From positions 875 to 64,874 of the forward strand of contig JBKHCL010000004.1 in NCBI GenBank assembly GCA_046541875.1: a DNA stretch of 64,000 bases. Reading direction: 5' to 3'. Below are positions 58,939-64,000 of the stretch, one piece after another. Under the pieces are notes generated by a model. That model was not told the origin of the DNA and ran no database searches. It worked only from the letters and a program-made list of their open reading frames with translations. The position numbers and the translations under genes were made by a program. How positions within the stretch are numbered: position 1 is the first letter of the stretch; every line of letters starts with the position of its first letter. This DNA comes from Phycisphaerae bacterium. GTDB lineage: Bacteria > Planctomycetota > Phycisphaerae > SM23-33.

Positions 58939-59991
58939 TTACTCGCTGGAGTCCGTGCCGTTCCCGCCGCGGCCACGACGTTTGCTGCCTTCACGACGTT
59001 TGCCCCGTTGTCTGTTTGCGCCTGGCTCGCCGCGTCCGCCTCGTCGTCCCCTCGCCTTGCGGAGGGTCTGCTTCTGTTCGTCGCTGAGCGACTCGCGGAG
59101 CTTCTTCATCCCTTCCCCGAGAGCCTTTCGCTTCGCGCCGCGACCGTCGGCCTGCTTGATGGCCTGGGACGTCTCGGAGATGATCTTCTTCTGGTCGGCT
59201 GTCAGCGAGTCGCCCAAGGCGGTTTTCAGTCGGCCGAACGGCTTGCGGCCTTGACCGGCCCCGTCCCGCCCCACGCGTTTGCGGGCGGCGGCGAGCTTTT
59301 GCTTCTGCTCGTCGGTGAGGGTGGTCTGGAACTTCTCCCGTCCCTGCTGGGCGGCCTTCTTCTTGGCCTCGGCGCCCTCGGCGTTGCGGACGGATTGGGC
59401 GGTTTCTTTGAGAATCTCCTTCTGCTTGTCGGTCAGGGAGTCTCCCAGCACTTTCGCCGCTGCGGCGGCGGGATGACGTCGGGCCATCCGGCGGCGACGG
59501 GCGGCCTGGAGCATCCCAACGACCTTCTTGCCCTTTTCCTCACCGAGGGTCTTGATGATCTGCTGGTGATTGGTCTCTGCCTTGGTCTTGAGCCCGGCCA
59601 TCAGTTTCTGGCGTTTCTCGCGAAGTTCCTTGAGCTTGTCGGCGTCGCCGTCCTTGACGGCCTGGCGATGCTCCTCGCGCAGGGCCTGGAGCTTGTCGGC
59701 GTTTTCCTTGTGCCAGTTTTTTGCATCCTGGGCGAAGCTCTCCATCACGGTCTTCAGTTGGGCCTGCTGCTCGTCGGTCAGGTCGGCCTGTTTGCAGATC
59801 TGGGCCATCCTCCGCTGGTGAGCCCGTTGCCGGTCCTGCCGGCGATTCTGACCGTTCTCCCGGTGCTTGGTCTGACGGGTCTTGCGATTCTGCTTGCGGT
59901 TCTGCCTGGCGTCCTGCTCTTGGGCGACGACGCTGCCGGCTACCAGCGCGACAGCCAACAGGGCCAGGAGTATTCGCGGGGTGCGGTTCAT
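58939..59991 (-). CDS. Periplasmic Spy/CpxP-like LTXXQ-motif repeat protein (five repeats), highly basic
   Basis: Signal peptide MNRTPRILLALLAVALVAGSVVA; LTDEQQAQL, LTDKQKEIL, LTDEQKQKL, LTADQKKII, LSDEQKQTL. Confidence 0.7.
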   Translation of the reverse strand: MNRTPRILLALLAVALVAGSVVAQEQDARQNRKQNRKTRQTKHRENGQNRRQDRQRAHQRRMAQICKQADLTDEQQAQLKTVMESFAQDAKNWHKENADKLQALREEHRQAVKDGDADKLKELREKRQKLMAGLKTKAETNHQQIIKTLGEEKGKKVVGMLQAARRRRMARRHPAAAAAKVLGDSLTDKQKEILKETAQSVRNAEGAEAKKKAAQQGREKFQTTLTDEQKQKLAAARKRVGRDGAGQGRKPFGRLKTALGDSLTADQKKIISETSQAIKQADGRGAKRKALGEGMKKLRESLSDEQKQTLRKARGRRGGRGEPGANRQRGKRREGSKRRGRGGNGTDSSE

Positions 59992-60140
59992 GATTGGGTC
60001 CTTTCGTCGGATCACATTGACTCACTCTCGTGCGGGGCGATGGCGCCGTCGTCCCGCGTCTGAGGGGTCTAACGGAGAAAGGGCCTGGCTATTGCAGCAT
60101 CAACGGAAAACCGGCGAAACTCGGTCCGCGGCGCGCGAGT

Positions 60141-61031
60141 TCAGGTAGTAAGCTGTCGGACGTAGTCGATCACGCCCTCTTGCGGCGTGAAGGCTGCCTC
60201 GAAGCCGAGCTGCTCGCGGGCGCGGGTAGTGTCGGCCTGGGTGTGGGCCTGATAGGTCTCGCCGTAGGGGTTGTCGATATAGTCCGGCTGGAGGTTCGTG
60301 CCCAGGGCCTGGTTGATCCACTCCACCAGCTCGTTGAACGTCGTCGCCCGCCCCGTGCCGACGTTGTACACCCCGCAGGGGGCTTCCAACGCCAGGAGAT
60401 TGGCTGTGACCACGTCGGGGACGTAGATGTGGTCGCGCTTCTGCTCGCCGTTGCGGAAGAGCTTTGGGCGTCGGCCGACCTTCATCTGCTGGGTGAGGTG
60501 GTAGATCATGCTCGCCGGTCGACCCTTATGGGCCTCCCGCGGCCCGAACACGTTGAAATATCGCAGGCCGACGATGTGCATCTCATCGACGAGCGTCTTC
60601 GCGCGGTCGTCCATCCACAGCTTGCTGCGGGCGTAGGTGTTCAGCAGGTCCTTGGGCTGGTCCTCCTGCTGGGGGGCGTCCCCGTGGCCATACAGACTGG
60701 CCGACGAGGCGTAGACGAGTTTCGCCCCGCAGCGTCGGGCAAGGTCGATGATCACCTCGAAGCCCTCGGTGTTCGAGCGGTACGTCTCGTCGTCGTCCGG
60801 GTGGCGTGGGTCGGTGATGGCTGCCTGATGGAAAATCGCGTCGAAATCCTCGCGGATCTCCATCGGCCGAGATACGTCCGCGCGGATGACCTCGCCGGCG
60901 AAACCAGCAAGATTGTCCACGTGGCCGGTGAAGAAGTTGTCCACAACCACGACGTCGTCGCCCTGCTGCTGGAGCTTCAACGCCAGGTTGGACCCGATAA
61001 AGCCGGCACCGCCGGTGACGAGACATTTCAT
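60141..61031 (-). CDS. hldD: ADP-L-glycero-D-manno-heptose 6-epimerase
   Basis: VTGGAGFIGSN; LRYFNVFGPREAHKGRPASMIYHLTQQ and YQAHTQADTT blocks align with HldD/RfaD. Confidence 0.8.
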   Translation of the reverse strand: MKCLVTGGAGFIGSNLALKLQQQGDDVVVVDNFFTGHVDNLAGFAGEVIRADVSRPMEIREDFDAIFHQAAITDPRHPDDDETYRSNTEGFEVIIDLARRCGAKLVYASSASLYGHGDAPQQEDQPKDLLNTYARSKLWMDDRAKTLVDEMHIVGLRYFNVFGPREAHKGRPASMIYHLTQQMKVGRRPKLFRNGEQKRDHIYVPDVVTANLLALEAPCGVYNVGTGRATTFNELVEWINQALGTNLQPDYIDNPYGETYQAHTQADTTRAREQLGFEAAFTPQEGVIDYVRQLTT

Positions 61032-61046
61032 TGCGTATGCTCCTGC

Positions 61047-61598
61047 TCAGGATGGGGCGTCGATAAACGCCCGGTGAATCCGCTCAATCAGCGTGGTGGT
61101 CCGCACGCCTTCGACGATCGGCAGCAGATGCACTCTTCCGCCGTTGCGCTCGACCGTATCGCGTTCGATGCAGTCCGCCCCGTACTCGGCTCCGTTGGTA
61201 TGCACGTCCGGCGCGAGACGTTCGAGAAACGCGATGGGCGTTTCCTCGTCGAAGGCGAAGACATAATCCACGCACCCCAGCGCCGCCAGCATCCGCAGCC
61301 GATGCTCCTGTGGGTTCACCGGGCGATGGGCACCCTTGTACGCCCGCACGGACGCGTCGGAATTCACGCCCACCATCAGCACGTCGCCCACCGCGGCGGC
61401 CTGGTGCAGACTCACCACGTGTCCGACGTGCAGAAGGTCGTAGGAACCGTTGTTTGTCACGACGGTTCGGCCGTCGGCTCGGAGGGCCTCGCGAATCGAG
61501 ACCAGCTCGTCGAGCGTCCTGACCTTCGCCTCCAGCGTCGGCTGCGAGAAAATGTCGATGGTATGGTCGTCGCTCATGTCGCGGCCATCGTACTGCAT
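61047..61598 (-). CDS. D-glycero-beta-D-manno-heptose 1-phosphate adenylyltransferase (standalone RfaE/HldE domain II)
   Basis: Cytidylyltransferase motif NGSYDLLHVGH; about 180 aa; 15 nt downstream of hldD. Confidence 0.8.
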   Translation of the reverse strand: MQYDGRDMSDDHTIDIFSQPTLEAKVRTLDELVSIREALRADGRTVVTNNGSYDLLHVGHVVSLHQAAAVGDVLMVGVNSDASVRAYKGAHRPVNPQEHRLRMLAALGCVDYVFAFDEETPIAFLERLAPDVHTNGAEYGADCIERDTVERNGGRVHLLPIVEGVRTTTLIERIHRAFIDAPS

Positions 61599-61795
61599 CG
61601 CCCCGGCGTGTTCCAGCGCGTCGCGTGGCGAGAGACGGCCCGGATCTCTGCCCGTCCGGTGCCCTGGACTCGTCAGCCATCGCATGGAGGGAGGATGCGG
61701 AATTTCCTCAAATCCAGCCGCGGGGGGTCCGAAGGGAAGGGTGCAGTGCAGTTCGGACCTGGCCGCAACGCGTCGGCACACGGGGAGTGAGCACG

Positions 61796-62158
61796 ATGGA
61801 AAACAGGGCGTTCATTCGCATTCCGTTCGAGATGTCAGCCACGATCGACGTCGACGGCCGATCGGTCGCCGTGCGCGTGCGGGATCTGAGCATTCACGGG
61901 GCGTTCATCGAGGGTGTCTCCGGCGTCTCTGCCGGGGAGGGGCTTACCCTGCGCATCAAGCTTGGCGACGGGCCCGACGGGCCGGTCATCGAATCGCGTT
62001 CGAAGATTACCCGCGTCTGCGACGAGGGGGTGGGCGTGGAGTTCGTCGAGACGGGCATTGAATCGTTCGGCCATCTCGAAGCGGTCGTGCAGGCCAACTC
62101 CGGCGACCCCGAACGCGTCCTCGATGAAATGCAGGCCTACCTGGCAGGCAAGATGTGA
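61796..62158 (+). CDS. PilZ domain protein
   Basis: RAFIRIPFEM...DLSIHGAFIEG (RxxxR ... DxSxxG c-di-GMP-binding pattern); 120 aa. Confidence 0.7.
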   Translation: MENRAFIRIPFEMSATIDVDGRSVAVRVRDLSIHGAFIEGVSGVSAGEGLTLRIKLGDGPDGPVIESRSKITRVCDEGVGVEFVETGIESFGHLEAVVQANSGDPERVLDEMQAYLAGKM

Positions 62159-62209
62159 ACACAAGGGTAACGGGGCGACTGACCTTGACGGTTTACCCAA
62201 ACGCGGGGG

Positions 62210-63088
62210 CTATGGCGAGTCGGGGTCCAGGCGGTCGCGTTTGCGGCGGCGCAGCGCCCGCAGCCGCATCACAGAAAACGACAGGGCGTAGGCGGCCCCG
62301 CAGAAGACGATAATCACCGGGCCGGTCGGCAGATCGCGGGCGTAGCTTGCCGCTTGTCCGAGGAAGGTCAGGGCGATACTCGCGACCGCCGCCAGGACCA
62401 TCATCTGCCACAGCCGCCGCGCCCAGTGACCGGCCACCGCCACCGGAAGCGTCAGCAGGGCGATGACCATGATGATTCCCACCACCCGCGCCAGCAGCAC
62501 CACGGTCAGCGCGGTGAGCCCCAGCAGCAGGAGGTAGTAGGCCTCCACGGGCACGCCGCGGGTGCGTGCGTGTTCCTCGTCGAAGCACACCGCCAGCAGC
62601 GGGCGATAGAACGCCAGGCTGAACGCCACCACGACGGCCGTCAGCCCGCCCAGCAGCCACAGGTCGCCCGGCGAGACCATCAGCACGCTTCCGAAGAGGT
62701 TGCTCATGAGGTCCTGTGCGTATCCCGGGGTGGCCTGCATGAACAGCACGCCGACGGCCATCCCCACCGCCCAGAGGGCACTGATGAGCGTGTCCTCGCG
62801 CTGGCGGTATCGCATGGAGACCAGTCCGATCAGCCCCGCCGCCAGCAGGGCAGCGGCCAGCGCGCCATACAGCGGGTCCATCCACTCCCAGCCCTGCACC
62901 GCCCGAAGATAGCTGGCCGCCCCCATTCCCCCCAGCACGCAGTGGGCGATTCCGCCGGCGACGTAGGTGATTCGCCGGACCACCACGAACGAGCCGACCA
63001 CGCCGCAGGCGATCCCGGCCATCGCGCCGGCCGCCACCGACCGCTGCAGCAGGCCCGAGCTTTGCAAGACGTCCAGAAACTCGCCCAT
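62210..63088 (-). CDS. Metal (Zn/Mn) ABC transporter permease, ABC-3 / ZnuB-like
   Basis: 292 aa, 8-9 TM; start ATG abuts the upstream stop (TAATG). Confidence 0.85.
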   Translation of the reverse strand: MGEFLDVLQSSGLLQRSVAAGAMAGIACGVVGSFVVVRRITYVAGGIAHCVLGGMGAASYLRAVQGWEWMDPLYGALAAALLAAGLIGLVSMRYRQREDTLISALWAVGMAVGVLFMQATPGYAQDLMSNLFGSVLMVSPGDLWLLGGLTAVVVAFSLAFYRPLLAVCFDEEHARTRGVPVEAYYLLLLGLTALTVVLLARVVGIIMVIALLTLPVAVAGHWARRLWQMMVLAAVASIALTFLGQAASYARDLPTGPVIIVFCGAAYALSFSVMRLRALRRRKRDRLDPDSP

Positions 63089-63837
63089 TACGACTCCTCC
63101 CGCAGGCAATGGCTGTGATGGTCCACCATCCGCACGTGTCGGCCGTACAGGTCGTTCATGTGGTCTGCGGTCAGCTCGCGTGTGGTGTGGGTGGTGATGG
63201 TGCGGTTCACGCAGATGACGCTGTGGATCGCCCCGCAGACGAAGCCCACATCGTGCGAGACGAGCATAATTGTCAGGCGTTCGTTGAGCTGGTGGAGCAG
63301 GTCGTGCAACTCGCTTTCGGTGCGCGGGTCGAGGTGGCTGGTGGGTTCGTCCATGAGCATCAACTCGGGTTGGCCGGCCAAGGCCCGGGCAATGAGCACG
63401 CGCTGCTGCTGCCCGCCGGACAGCGCCGAGAACGGCCGATCGGCGAGGTCCGAAGCGTTCACCTCGTTCAGCGCATCGTCGGCGGCGGCGTGGTCGTGTT
63501 TCTTGTAGCGTCCGATGTGTCGCCCTGGCCCGAGCGTGCCCATGAGCACCACGTCGCGCGCACTGACGGGGAACGTCGCGTCGAACCGCATGTGCTGCGG
63601 CGTGTAGGCCATCCGGTCCACCGCCTGGGATGGGGGCTTGCCGAAGACGCGAATGGTTCCGCTGTCCGGCGTGAGCAGCCCGAGGATGAGCTTCAGCAGC
63701 GTGGTCTTGCCGCCACCGTTGGGGCCGACAATGCAGGCGAAATCGCCGGCCTCCACGGTTAAAGTCACGTCCTCCAGAACCGTCTCCGCCTCGTAGGAGA
63801 ACCGTACGTCCTGAATGTCGACAATGCTCTCTGCCAT
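63088..63837 (-). CDS. Metal ABC transporter ATP-binding protein, ZnuC-like
   Basis: Walker A GPNGGGKTT, signature LSGGQQQRVLIARAL, Walker B LMLMDEPTSHLD, H-loop; substrate-binding gene not within window. Confidence 0.85.
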   Translation of the reverse strand: MAESIVDIQDVRFSYEAETVLEDVTLTVEAGDFACIVGPNGGGKTTLLKLILGLLTPDSGTIRVFGKPPSQAVDRMAYTPQHMRFDATFPVSARDVVLMGTLGPGRHIGRYKKHDHAAADDALNEVNASDLADRPFSALSGGQQQRVLIARALAGQPELMLMDEPTSHLDPRTESELHDLLHQLNERLTIMLVSHDVGFVCGAIHSVICVNRTITTHTTRELTADHMNDLYGRHVRMVDHHSHCLREES

Positions 63838-64000
63838 GGCGCTTTCGTGGTTGTCGGGGGATGGCGACGTCGACCGCCGGCGGCCGGACGCAAGCCATTG
63901 TATCCCCAGATACCGCAAATCCTCCGCCCGAGCAAGGTCCGGGGCAAGTGCGCGCTTACCGTACCCACGCCGGTGTGTTTCCCATGCCACGAAAAGCCCC

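Overview
This is a high-GC (about 65%) chromosomal segment with Planctomycetota-like hallmarks: a DUF1559 H-X9-DG pseudopilin-like protein, many PQQ beta-propeller, FG-GAP, HEAT-repeat and lipoproteins, and a PEP-CTERM substrate. Almost all large antisense 'shadow' ORFs in the track are GC artefacts; real genes were recognised by motif content and by tight ATGA/GTGA/TAATG start-stop overlaps.

Gene content from 5' to 3':
- lepB (partial, with a zinc-ribbon insertion), lptB, and a transglutaminase-like protein.
- A minus-strand block: soluble PAS histidine kinase <- lipoprotein <- beta-helix lipoprotein <- PII-like small protein <- RND permease <- membrane fusion protein.
- ligA divergent from an Fpg/Nei glycosylase, then a HEAT membrane protein coupled to a DUF1559 protein, and a multi-PAS NarL-type histidine kinase.
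- A minus-strand secreted-protein operon: metallophosphoesterase -> large secreted protein -> FG-GAP protein.
- A translationally coupled three-gene cassette of unknown function: membrane-anchored PQQ propeller -> Rph/PpsA-like PEP-utilising phosphotransferase -> small two-TM membrane protein.
- PolX, a Gfo/Idh/MocA oxidoreductase, and a secreted PQQ propeller.
- A complete [FeFe]-hydrogenase H-cluster maturase operon, hydE-hydG-(aspartase-like)-hydF, preceded by a CRP/FNR-type palindrome. No hydA is present in the window.
- A 3D-domain protein behind a long leader, an FmdB zinc ribbon, two orphan HicB-like paralogues, and xerD and xerC 9 kb apart.
- A B12-binding radical SAM protein, gap, a HEAT lipoprotein, a PEP-CTERM metalloprotease, an SprT-like protein, an LTXXQ (Spy/CpxP-like) repeat protein, hldD, a standalone RfaE domain II, a PilZ protein, and znuB/znuC-like genes at the window edge.

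Most notable non-coding signal: two AT-rich islands flanking sprT each carry a near-consensus sigma70 promoter followed about 90-130 nt later by a strong intrinsic terminator. Both candidate sRNAs display the shared C-rich motif GGUCUCCC(U/C)CC in apical loops, an anti-Shine-Dalgarno-like seed.

No CRISPR arrays, tRNAs, rRNAs, transposases or phage genes were recognised.
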